A stretch of DNA of 64,000 bases. Source: Bdellovibrionales bacterium. GTDB taxonomy: Bacteria > Bdellovibrionota > Bdellovibrionia > Bdellovibrionales > UBA1609. Numbering within the stretch: the first letter of the stretch is position 1; every line of letters starts with the position of its first letter. The notes under the pieces are model-generated. The model was not told where the DNA came from, did no database searches, and saw only the letters and a program-made list of their open reading frames with translations. Made by a program: the position numbers and the translations under genes. The DNA lies in the NCBI GenBank assembly GCA_965199825.1, contig OZ241329.1, positions 1,024,001-1,088,000 of the forward strand. Reading direction: 5' to 3'. Shown here in pieces: positions 1-8,446 of this stretch.

Positions 1-7
1 AAATCAG

Positions 8-1264
8 ATGGATAAGATGCGAGTGGCTAGCGGAAGAGTGTTGAAAGGCGCGGTCAGTGCCAGTGGTTCAAAAAATGCGGCCCTTCCTATCTTATTTTCG
101 GCGTTATTGGCTGAGGGCAAACATGTTTTTCATAATGTTCCCCATCTGAAAGATATCGAAAACACCTGTGAGCTTTTGCAATTTTTGGGTTGTAAAACCC
201 ATCATGAAAATTCGGTTCTCACTATCGACGTCGGCGAGCCGCCAACGTTAGAGGCCCCTTACGATATCGTGCGAAAAATGCGGGCAAGCATTCTGGTGCT
301 CGGTCCGCTGATCACCCGGTATGGACGCGCACGCGTCTCGATGCCAGGGGGTTGCGCCATTGGAACGCGGCCCATTGATCTTCATATTGAGGGGTTAAGA
401 GCCCTCGGTGCAGAGATCGAACTCGACCAAGGTTATGTCAATGCTCGCAGCTCAAGACTGAAGGGCAACACTCTTTTGTTTGAATCCCCTACGGTGGGCG
501 GCACAGAGAACTTGATGATGGCGGCTTGCCTAGCTTCGGGCACGACCATTATCGAGAATGCAGCCAAAGAACCTGAGATCGTGGACCTTGCAAACTACCT
601 CAACAAAATGGGTGCAACCGTCCAAGGTGCGGGCACGAGCATTTTGCGAATCGAAGGGGTTCAAAAACTTTCGCCCGCGGAGCATTCGATTATGCCCGAT
701 CGCATTGAGGTCGGCACTTTGTTGATTGCAGCAGCAATTACGGGTGGCGAGGTGACGGTTCAAAAAGCACGACCCCAAGATCTTGAAGCCCTGCTTGCAA
801 AGCTGAAAGAGTCTGGATTTTCAATCAGCTCAAAGGCCAACGAGATTTCGCTTAAATCTCCCAATCGTTGGTTTGGTGTGGACTTAACCACAACACCGCA
901 TCCAGGATTTCCAACCGATCTTCAGGCGCAGTTCATGGCCTTGATGACCCAAGCTGAAGGCACAAGTGTGATCACCGAAACCGTTTTTGAAAATCGATTT
1001 ATGCATGTGCAAGAATTGATGAGGCTTGGTGCAGATATCACTCCTAAAACTCGTGTGGCGGTGGTGCGCGGGGCTCATGATCAATTGGTGGGAGCAGAGG
1101 TGATGGCCACTGATCTTCGCGCAAGCGCTTGTTTGGTTCTTGCTGGTCTAGTTGCAAAAGGCGAAACCACGGTGAGCCGCATTTATCATTTGGACCGGGG
1201 CTATGAAGGTCTAGAGCATAAGCTCACCGCAATTGGTGCGGACATTTCTCGCCTTCACGAATGA
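8..1264 (+). CDS. murA: UDP-N-acetylglucosamine 1-carboxyvinyltransferase
   Basis: [20 protein letters not shown], active-site loop [30 protein letters not shown] and HLDRGYE motifs; 418 aa. Confidence 0.98.
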   Translation: MDKMRVASGRVLKGAVSASGSKNAALPILFSALLAEGKHVFHNVPHLKDIENTCELLQFLGCKTHHENSVLTIDVGEPPTLEAPYDIVRKMRASILVLGPLITRYGRARVSMPGGCAIGTRPIDLHIEGLRALGAEIELDQGYVNARSSRLKGNTLLFESPTVGGTENLMMAACLASGTTIIENAAKEPEIVDLANYLNKMGATVQGAGTSILRIEGVQKLSPAEHSIMPDRIEVGTLLIAAAITGGEVTVQKARPQDLEALLAKLKESGFSISSKANEISLKSPNRWFGVDLTTTPHPGFPTDLQAQFMALMTQAEGTSVITETVFENRFMHVQELMRLGADITPKTRVAVVRGAHDQLVGAEVMATDLRASACLVLAGLVAKGETTVSRIYHLDRGYEGLEHKLTAIGADISRLHE

Positions 1265-1283
1265 ATATTGCTACCATTTTTAA

Positions 1284-4052
1284 ATGCCTGATCAAAAAAC
1301 CCGCTGGATTTTAAAGGATGCTGATGGACGCGTGCGTGGTCCATACAGCACCGAAAAGATCATTCACAAAATCAACAGTGGAGATTTTAATGGCGAAGAA
1401 TTTATCTCGCATTATCCAGGTGGACGATGGTTTCCGATTTCGCAAGAACCCCAATTTTACGATCGCCTATTGGATGTGCTCTCGGGCCAATCCGCCCCCG
1501 ACGATGAGACCTTAGAAAAAACAAAAGTCGAATTTGCCAAAAGTCATGTGTCGCAAACCTTAAAGCCTGATCCGGTTCAAAGAGGAACAGCCGAGCGCAA
1601 GGCCACTCGTGAATCGAAAACTATTGAAGACGATACGATCGAACTTGTTGATGTTAAAAAAACCATTAAAAAAGAAGTGGCAAAAAAATCGCTTGTTCCT
1701 TTGATTGCCGGCGCGGTTGTGCTGCTGATTGCGGGCTTCATTTTTTTACAGCCTACTACAATCAAGAGCGAGGATCGCATTCACCTTTTGGCGATCCAGC
1801 CTCAACGTCCACAAAGCTCCTCTGCCGAAAAATTTAAAAAAGCTTTACCCGATTTTTTAAGGGACACCTACTCTGGATACCTTCGTTCACAAGATGAATT
1901 TGTCCAAATTCTTCAGATCGACGCCAAAAACTCAGAGGTTTTGTCACTCTTGTGTATGACCTACAACGAACTTTGGCCATATTCCTATCAAGACACTCAA
2001 GATCTTCGAACGGTGAGCCATGCGGTTCAACTCGCCAATCAAATTGATGCGACCAGTGCCAATGCCGCCATCTGTAAAACGGTGGATCTTTTGGTTCGGG
2101 GTCGGTTGCCCGAAGCGCGCAGTTTGGTTTCGGCCGTTTTAGAAAACAATGCGCAACAAACACCAGTTCTTCTTTATTATTTAAAATCTGTGCTGCTCGA
2201 AAACAGCTCTGAATTTCAAACCGCGATTGGTTATGTCGCCTCGGCGATTCAACTTTGGCCGCAGTGGCTCAGGGGCTACGTGCAGCAAGCTCAGCTCGAA
2301 ACCAAAAATAATAATCCCACCGAAGCGGCCAATATTTATAATCGGATTTTAAAAAACAATCCCGATCATAAAGTGGCTCGCTTGGAGCTTGGGCTTTTAC
2401 AATACCGAGTGTTTCGTCAGTTTGATAAGGCAAGTGAGCTCTTGAATGGAGCGCTTCAAAATAGCCAAGATAAGGTTTCAAATACTTTGCTCTCAAACTC
2501 CTATTTTGCATTGGCCGAAATTGCTTTAAATAAACAAGATCGTGATAAAGCTTTAAAAATGGCGCAACAGGCTTATTCGGCAAGTATTAACAATGTGGCG
2601 GCAAAAAATTTAATTGTTCAACTGGGCGGACTCGACAAACTTAAAAAAACCAAATTGCAAGGTCAGTACTTGATGTATGAGGGTGACCAATTGGTACGCG
2701 AGGGCGACTGTCAGTCGGCGCAAGCGCACTACAGATCAGCCTTTGAAGAAGATCCAAAAAATGCCACAGCCGCACTCAAATCGGCAAAATGCTTGTGGCA
2801 ATTGTCTTTGAGTACAGAGGCGATCGACTGGCTCAACAAAGCAATCAAGGCGGATTCGAAATCGATTGAAGCTTATGTGCTGCTTGCCGATTATTACACG
2901 CGGCGATTTAATTTTGATGCGGCGTCGAGAGTGCTGGCCTCGGCGCAAAGAATTTCGCCAAAGAGTTTTGATGTCTATCGTGGATTTGCGATTGTCGAAT
3001 TGCGCCGCAACAATCCAAGCGGTGCCATCACTTACGCAAAAAGGGCGATTGCACTTTATGAGGCCGACGCCGATTCCTTCGTGGTGCTCGCAAAAAGTTA
3101 TTTGGCCATGGCTTCAAAAGAAAATTTTCCCCTCGCCCTTTCTGCGGCGATGAAGGCAGTAGAAATCGACATCAATAATCGCGACGCCCAAGTGATTTAT
3201 GCCGAAGCATTAGCCGGAACCGAAGGGGTTGAGGTTGGACTTAACTATTTACGAAAACTCACAACCAATTTTCCGCTCGTTCTGGAATATCAAATTGCTT
3301 TAGGAAAACTCTATTTGAGTGATGACCGCTTTAGTACGGCCGAAGAAGCATTTCAGCGAATTATTAAAACCAATCCCAAATCGAAAGAAGCTTTGGTGCT
3401 GCTCGCAAAAAGTTTGCGGGCCCAAAATAAAATGGAAGCAGCACTAGACACTTTGCTCGAAGCCGCAATCGCCGATCCTGCCGATCCCGAACCGCTCTTT
3501 CAGGCGGCACTGATTTATTTAGAAAACAAAAAGCCAGCTGAGAGTCGCGCTCAACTGGAACGGGTGCTGCGGGTGAATCCCTCTTACCCACTGGTTCATT
3601 ATTATATTGGCCGCGTTGCTCTTGAAACCAAAAAACCTGCTGAAGCACTCAACCAAGCCCATGAAGAACAAAAAATAAATCCCAATCTGCCCGAAGCCTT
3701 CGTGCTCTCGGGCGATGCTTATATGGACACCAAACAATATTCTTTAGCCGCAAGTGAATATCAAAAATCGCTTCAGTTGATCAGTCAGCCTCGCGCCAGT
3801 CTTTATATTAAAGTGGCGCATTGTTACCGCCTGGCCGGAAGTTTTGATTCGGCTGCGAGCATGCTCGACATTGCTTTTCATCGTGAGCCGGGAAATGCCA
3901 ATATTTATAAAGAGCGCGCCCAACTGTACGAGATGACCAACGATGCCCAACGCGCCATCGAGGCCTACAATCAATATTTTGTTTTAGAACCGACCGCTCC
4001 AGATCGACAACAAATTATGGAACGTATTCAAGCGTTGCAGCTCAATCACTAA
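1284..4052 (+). CDS. Membrane-anchored TPR protein with N-terminal GYF_2 (DUF4339)-like domain
   Basis: N-terminal W...GPYS...W pattern (WILKDADGRVRGPYSTEKI...GRWFPI), charged linker, one hydrophobic helix (LVPLIAGAVVLLIAGFIFL), then many TPR-like repeats. Confidence 0.8.
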   Translation: MPDQKTRWILKDADGRVRGPYSTEKIIHKINSGDFNGEEFISHYPGGRWFPISQEPQFYDRLLDVLSGQSAPDDETLEKTKVEFAKSHVSQTLKPDPVQRGTAERKATRESKTIEDDTIELVDVKKTIKKEVAKKSLVPLIAGAVVLLIAGFIFLQPTTIKSEDRIHLLAIQPQRPQSSSAEKFKKALPDFLRDTYSGYLRSQDEFVQILQIDAKNSEVLSLLCMTYNELWPYSYQDTQDLRTVSHAVQLANQIDATSANAAICKTVDLLVRGRLPEARSLVSAVLENNAQQTPVLLYYLKSVLLENSSEFQTAIGYVASAIQLWPQWLRGYVQQAQLETKNNNPTEAANIYNRILKNNPDHKVARLELGLLQYRVFRQFDKASELLNGALQNSQDKVSNTLLSNSYFALAEIALNKQDRDKALKMAQQAYSASINNVAAKNLIVQLGGLDKLKKTKLQGQYLMYEGDQLVREGDCQSAQAHYRSAFEEDPKNATAALKSAKCLWQLSLSTEAIDWLNKAIKADSKSIEAYVLLADYYTRRFNFDAASRVLASAQRISPKSFDVYRGFAIVELRRNNPSGAITYAKRAIALYEADADSFVVLAKSYLAMASKENFPLALSAAMKAVEIDINNRDAQVIYAEALAGTEGVEVGLNYLRKLTTNFPLVLEYQIALGKLYLSDDRFSTAEEAFQRIIKTNPKSKEALVLLAKSLRAQNKMEAALDTLLEAAIADPADPEPLFQAALIYLENKKPAESRAQLERVLRVNPSYPLVHYYIGRVALETKKPAEALNQAHEEQKINPNLPEAFVLSGDAYMDTKQYSLAASEYQKSLQLISQPRASLYIKVAHCYRLAGSFDSAASMLDIAFHREPGNANIYKERAQLYEMTNDAQRAIEAYNQYFVLEPTAPDRQQIMERIQALQLNH

Positions 4053-4063
4053 AAGGGGAAATC

Positions 4064-4360
4064 ATGAGTCAATTTATCAATAACATTCAGTACAAAATCA
4101 AAACCTCCTCAAAAGACATTTTGCTTTTTGGATTCAAACTCGGCACCGGACTTTTTGTGGCCTTGACCCTTGCCCTGATTTTTCAGGTGATGATTGGATT
4201 TGGTTCACTGAGTTTTGTGTTTGTTTTGATGACTCTAACTTTGGCTTTTTTAAAAATCGCGAAGGGTTGGACCGCCATTCACACTATGATTTTTAATTTG
4301 GTCTGCGTGATGATGGGTCTGCTGGTCCGAATGTATATAATGATTGCGCCAGGGGCGTGA
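4064..4360 (+). CDS. Small integral membrane protein (about 3 TM helices), unknown function
   Basis: AAGGGG SD before ATG; three hydrophobic segments; tightly spaced between the TPR gene and serS. Confidence 0.75.
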   Translation: MSQFINNIQYKIKTSSKDILLFGFKLGTGLFVALTLALIFQVMIGFGSLSFVFVLMTLTLAFLKIAKGWTAIHTMIFNLVCVMMGLLVRMYIMIAPGA

Positions 4361-4378
4361 TCATTTTAGAAATGTCGC

Positions 4379-5659
4379 ATGATCGACGTCAAAGCGCTTG
4401 AACAAAAAGATTTTGAAGAGGCCTACAGAAAAAATTTAAAAGATCGCGGTGAAGATCCTGGTTGGGTCGATAAAATCTTTGCCCAAAACAAACAGCGCAA
4501 AGCTTTGCTGCTCGAAATGGAAACCTCGCGCGCCGACCAAAATCGTGTCGGCGTCGAGATCGCAAATAAAAAGAAAAATAAAGAAGATGCCACCGAGTTG
4601 CTGCAACAAATGCAAGCGGTCGCTCTTCATGTGAAATCGCTCGATTCAAAAGCCAAAGAGGCTGACGAAGCTCTACGCCAAATTCTTTTACGTCTCCCAA
4701 ATAAATTAGATTTATCTGTTCCCGTAGGCCAATCCGAAGCCGACAATGTGGAAGTTCGACGGCACGGCACAGCTCGCAAATTTAATTTTACTCCACTCGA
4801 TCATTCCACTTTGGGGGAAAAATTAAAGATCCTTGATTTCGATCGCGGTGCAAAGGTTGCCGGCGCGCGCTTCACTTTCTTGCGGGGAGCAGCGGCTCGA
4901 TTAGAACGTTCCCTGATTCAATTTATGCTCGATGTGCATTCGGATGAACATAGCTACCAAGAAATGATTCCACCTTTTATTGCCAACTCAAAAAGTTTTG
5001 AAGGTGTGGGACAATTTCCAAAGTTTAAAGAAGATGTTTTTCATCTCACCGGTTTTGATTACGCATTAATTCCAACAGCCGAAGTTCCGGTGACCAATTT
5101 TTATGCCGAAGAAATTCTAGAAGAAGCCGATTTGCCTCAACGATTCGCTGCGTACTCGCCTTGCTTTCGCTCAGAGGCCGGAAGTTATGGCCGCGATACC
5201 AAAGGTCTTATTCGCCAGCATCAATTTAACAAAGTGGAATTGATGATTCATTGTACGCCCGAAAAATCTCACGAACTGCACGAGCAACTCACCCGTCATG
5301 CCGAAATTATTTTGCAACGTCTCGAGCTGCCCTATCGGGTGATGAATTTGTGTTCCAAGGATATTAGTTTTGGCGCCGCTAAATGCTACGACATCGAAGT
5401 CTGGCTACCGAGTGCTGCCGGCTTTCGCGAAATCAGTTCGTGCTCGAATTTTGAGGACTTTCAAGCCCGCAGAGCAAACATTCGCTATCGCCCCAAGGGT
5501 GAAAAAACCAAGCCCCGTTTTGTTCACACCATCAATGGTTCTGGTCTAGCGGTGGGCCGCACGCTCATCGCGATTATGGAAAACTATCAGCATGAGGATG
5601 GCTCGATTGCGGTGCCTGCGGTGCTGCAACCGTACATGGGAATAGCCCAAATTAAATAA
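4379..5659 (+). CDS. serS: Serine--tRNA ligase
   Basis: N-terminal coiled coil, LIPTAEVP, motif 2 [33 protein letters not shown], motif 3 NGSGLAVGR. Confidence 0.98.
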   Translation: MIDVKALEQKDFEEAYRKNLKDRGEDPGWVDKIFAQNKQRKALLLEMETSRADQNRVGVEIANKKKNKEDATELLQQMQAVALHVKSLDSKAKEADEALRQILLRLPNKLDLSVPVGQSEADNVEVRRHGTARKFNFTPLDHSTLGEKLKILDFDRGAKVAGARFTFLRGAAARLERSLIQFMLDVHSDEHSYQEMIPPFIANSKSFEGVGQFPKFKEDVFHLTGFDYALIPTAEVPVTNFYAEEILEEADLPQRFAAYSPCFRSEAGSYGRDTKGLIRQHQFNKVELMIHCTPEKSHELHEQLTRHAEIILQRLELPYRVMNLCSKDISFGAAKCYDIEVWLPSAAGFREISSCSNFEDFQARRANIRYRPKGEKTKPRFVHTINGSGLAVGRTLIAIMENYQHEDGSIAVPAVLQPYMGIAQIK

Positions 5660-5664
5660 AAAAT

Positions 5665-5745
5665 TGGATCCAAAAGCTCAGACATTCGTTTGTCATGCGA
5701 TTGCCTTCGCAATCGCACGCCAAGCCGAACTCGCTTTTGGATCCA
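5665..5745. repeat. Long palindromic hairpin (REP-like element or bidirectional terminator)
   Basis: TGGATCCAAAAGC (5665-5677) pairs perfectly with GCTTTTGGATCCA (5733-5745); inner stem TGCGATTGC (5696-5704) pairs with GCAATCGCA (5709-5717) around a CTTC loop. Confidence 0.7.
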
Positions 5746-5831
5746 GTCTTTTATCAACTTGGGTTGTCGTACCCACGAGGTCGGTGAGTTTGGTTATAAA
5801 TAAAATCGTGCTGCTTATTTGTTACTAGCTT

Positions 5832-6045
5832 ACATAATAACATCTCCGAAGGTGTCGTAAGTTGTGATCCTTTTCTTTTTGGTGGATCCTGCCCACCCAA
5901 AAAAGCGGGCACGAACAAATTAACTCCTACACTCGAGTGTAAGGTGCATCACAACTTCGGAAGTCAGTACACTCATATTGATGGCAATGGCATAAGGTGG
6001 GAAGACTGCCGACACCTCGATCTTCACCATATAATTTCACACTTA
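5832..6045 (-). ncRNA. Candidate structured non-coding RNA, family not recognised
   Basis: Nested helices 5849-5857/6010-6018 and 5859-5868/5948-5957 plus three internal hairpins; mismatches resolve as G-U pairs on the minus strand; promoter-like hexamers upstream. Confidence 0.5.
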
Positions 6046-6051
6046 CCACGC

Positions 6052-6079
6052 AGTATAAATGAACAAGAAAACCTAACAA
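6052..6079 (-). promoter_or_regulatory. Sigma70-like promoter for the candidate ncRNA
   Basis: Minus strand TTGTTA (6079-6074), 16-nt spacer, TATACT (6057-6052). Confidence 0.45.
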
Positions 6080-6314
6080 TTTTTTGCTAGAGCCATTAGC
6101 GTGGGCACCATCGTCGCCTGAATAGAATTTCTGATCAAATTAGAAATGATTCTTCAAAAGTTTAAGGCGGTAGACTTTATCGCGTAGTTACAAGTTACGC
6201 CCGTAAATATAATTAATATTTGTAAGCGACAACAGACTCTGAATCTTAAGGGTATCTCAAATTTATTTTTCACTTCTAATCAGACAGCTTAATTCAAAAA
6301 ATAAAGTGTCAACT

Positions 6315-6330
6315 TGGCTTCAACGTTGCA
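6315..6330 (+). promoter_or_regulatory. Sigma54-type (-24/-12) promoter candidate
   Basis: TGGCTT-N5-TTGCA with correct GG-N10-GC spacing, 47 nt upstream of the protease ATG. Confidence 0.5.
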
Positions 6331-6377
6331 AACACAAGAGTTTAATTAACGGCAGCTGCATTTAACGATGAGAACAA

Positions 6378-7307
6378 ATGAATAATCTTTCAAAAAAATA
6401 CACTGTGTTCGCTTTTCTATTTTTGACGACAAAATCTTTCGGCCTTCCATCGATTTCCTTTGATTTCAAATTTAGCCCCGAACCTAATATAATCGATGTA
6501 ACCCTCTACAAAGATATTCCCCGAAAAGTGATGACAAACATTGGGGTGAATTACGCCTTTGCGCCCGTAGGTCGTGTAATCACAAAAGACAGAATTACTA
6601 TTACAGACGAAAATGGAATTGCAAAAACCGGTAACTCTAACGGTACAGCATTTTTAGTTTCGCCCTGTCATGCATTAACAAATCGCCATGTCGTTTTTGG
6701 TAACGCAGATCCAACTCTTCCGCGAAAGTGGAATTTGAAGTTCGAAATAGGAAATACGTCTGTGGGACATACGATGCATACGATAGATGCACAGGCAGCA
6801 ATAATTCCGAATGATAAAAGCAGAGCGAACGACTGGACACTTCTTCTTCTTAAAGAGTGTATTGATGATAAAAAAATCGGCTGGATGGAGTTAACCGCCG
6901 AAGTAAACAAATATCAAAAAGTAATTATAGCTGGATTTCCGTATGACATTCCGAAAGTTCTCCCAACCGTCTCTGTCAATTGCGAACCCAAAGATTTTAA
7001 TGTCGGCTTTTTCTATCACAGCTGTCCGTCCGTGGAAGGAAACTCCGGAGCGCCACTATTTTTTATAAACGATGATGGCGTGCCTACGGCTCTTGGAATG
7101 GATTTTGGAAGCGTATCCGATACGCCCGAGGAAGTCCCTACCTACCGGCGCCCATACGCGAATCTAGCAGTAAGTTTTGACCAAATTATACCTGCAATAA
7201 GAAGAGAATTGCAGCGTGGTTATGAGTGGTTTCGTACCGAAGCGGGCGGTGCCGAAAATCCGCAATTAAGTATGGCAAAAATTTTACGTTCTGGTCGAAT
7301 TCCCTGA
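6378..7307 (+). CDS. Secreted trypsin-like (S1/V8-type) serine protease
   Basis: Signal peptide; GTAFLVSPCHALTNRHV (His), DWTLLLL (Asp), GNSGAPL (Ser) triad motifs. Confidence 0.9.
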   Translation: MNNLSKKYTVFAFLFLTTKSFGLPSISFDFKFSPEPNIIDVTLYKDIPRKVMTNIGVNYAFAPVGRVITKDRITITDENGIAKTGNSNGTAFLVSPCHALTNRHVVFGNADPTLPRKWNLKFEIGNTSVGHTMHTIDAQAAIIPNDKSRANDWTLLLLKECIDDKKIGWMELTAEVNKYQKVIIAGFPYDIPKVLPTVSVNCEPKDFNVGFFYHSCPSVEGNSGAPLFFINDDGVPTALGMDFGSVSDTPEEVPTYRRPYANLAVSFDQIIPAIRRELQRGYEWFRTEAGGAENPQLSMAKILRSGRIP

Positions 7308-7468
7308 TACCTCATCATCCTTTCGCTATAAATTTGTCTGGAAAAGTGTTCGGGTACGATAGTCCTTAGCCTGCAAAGCAAATTTTTATTACACACGAAC
7401 TTTAAATAGACACAGCCCAGAATTTTTGAAGAAGACTTTTTAGAGGCTATCGATTACACATTAGCTGT

Positions 7469-7558
7469 GGAGAGGTGGCCGAGTGGCTGAAGGCGTCAGT
7501 CTTGAAAACTGAAGAGCTCGTAAGGGTTCCGTGAGTTCGAATCTCACCCTCTCCGCCA
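7469..7558 (+). tRNA. tRNA-Ser(UGA)
   Basis: GGAGAGG acceptor stem, anticodon arm TCAGT-CT-TGA-AA-ACTGA, long variable arm, GTTCGAATC T-loop, encoded CCA. Confidence 0.97.
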
Positions 7559-7744
7559 CTTTGAGTGACCTTATTCCCAATCCCCATGAGTACAATCACT
7601 CGGTTGCGAAAAGCAGACTTTACCACCCATTTTTGGCTGGTTTGGTAGGCGTTCTTTGCGCAGCTAGAATACCGATTATTAATTCCTTCGAATACCAACC
7701 CAAATGTTTACTGACGCTGTCTTGAGTATTAAAATAATTGAAAT

Positions 7745-8446
7745 GTGAATATAAAATCTGTGACTTCTCACTTTCGACTTCTAAAACATACTTCAATATT
7801 TCCTGACACTGTCTTAGTTTGCGCCGCACACTTTGACGTCGACCTAAGCCAGGACACTCAATATCAATATTTGTTGCCAGAGATTTTAAATTCAGCTGGA
7901 GCGGTTCGGAAAGCTGAATATATCGCGGGAAGGCTTTGCGCGCAGAATGCATTAAAAGATCTGGGCTATAATGTGCAACCTTTTGAGCTCCCGACGAATT
8001 TAGATCGTACGCCAAAATGGCCTCCGGGAATTATCGGCTCCCTATCCCATGGAACTGGCTTTGCGATGGCCGCAGTTGCGATTGAAGGAAAAAAGTGGCG
8101 GGGGTTAGGTGTTGATAGCGAACCTATTTTTTTGGACGAAGTGACTCAAGAAATAAAAAGTCGGATCGGAACAGCTCGCGAATTTAGTAAGCTAAAATAT
8201 TTAGATGAAAATACTTGTACGACACTTTTGTTTTCAGCAAAAGAGGCTGTGTATAAGTGCCTCTTTCCTATCCTTAAAACATTTTTAGAATTTGAAGATT
8301 TAAAACTTATCGAGGTTCATAACGAAATCTGTAAATTGGTTTTAAAAACAATTAAGCCCGATCTAAAATGCTTCACCGTAGAATGCACTTACGAAATTCT
8401 TAGCAATTCGATTCAAACTTGCGCCGTTTTAGGGATGATTTCTTGA
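7745..8446 (+). CDS. 4'-phosphopantetheinyl transferase (EntD/Sfp-like)
   Basis: RKAEYIAGRLCA, PKWPPGIIGSLSH, GLGVDSE and FSAKEAVYK motifs; convergent with the PKS gene (18-nt overlap). Confidence 0.92.
   Translation: MNIKSVTSHFRLLKHTSIFPDTVLVCAAHFDVDLSQDTQYQYLLPEILNSAGAVRKAEYIAGRLCAQNALKDLGYNVQPFELPTNLDRTPKWPPGIIGSLSHGTGFAMAAVAIEGKKWRGLGVDSEPIFLDEVTQEIKSRIGTAREFSKLKYLDENTCTTLLFSAKEAVYKCLFPILKTFLEFEDLKLIEVHNEICKLVLKTIKPDLKCFTVECTYEILSNSIQTCAVLGMIS

Noticed and set aside
5660..6050. T-box or other serS-linked riboswitch
   Set aside because: The structures lie downstream of serS, the larger one is on the opposite strand, and no T-box consensus was seen
5800..6090. Stop-free plus-strand frame of about 95 codons in the serS-protease gap
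   Set aside because: No good start codon or SD and no protein-like features; the RNA-structure explanation fits better
7469..7558. Possible selenocysteine or suppressor tRNA because of the TGA triplet
   Set aside because: Anticodon UGA reads the Ser codon UCA; tRNA-Sec needs anticodon UCA; the acceptor stem is the normal 7 bp
7447..8015. ORFs 7447..7698(-), 7531..7725(+) and 7620..8015(-); likewise 38509..38772(+)
   Set aside because: Shadow frames overlapping tRNA genes or the PPTase; the shared MSSNLTLSA start simply comes from the tRNA 3' ends
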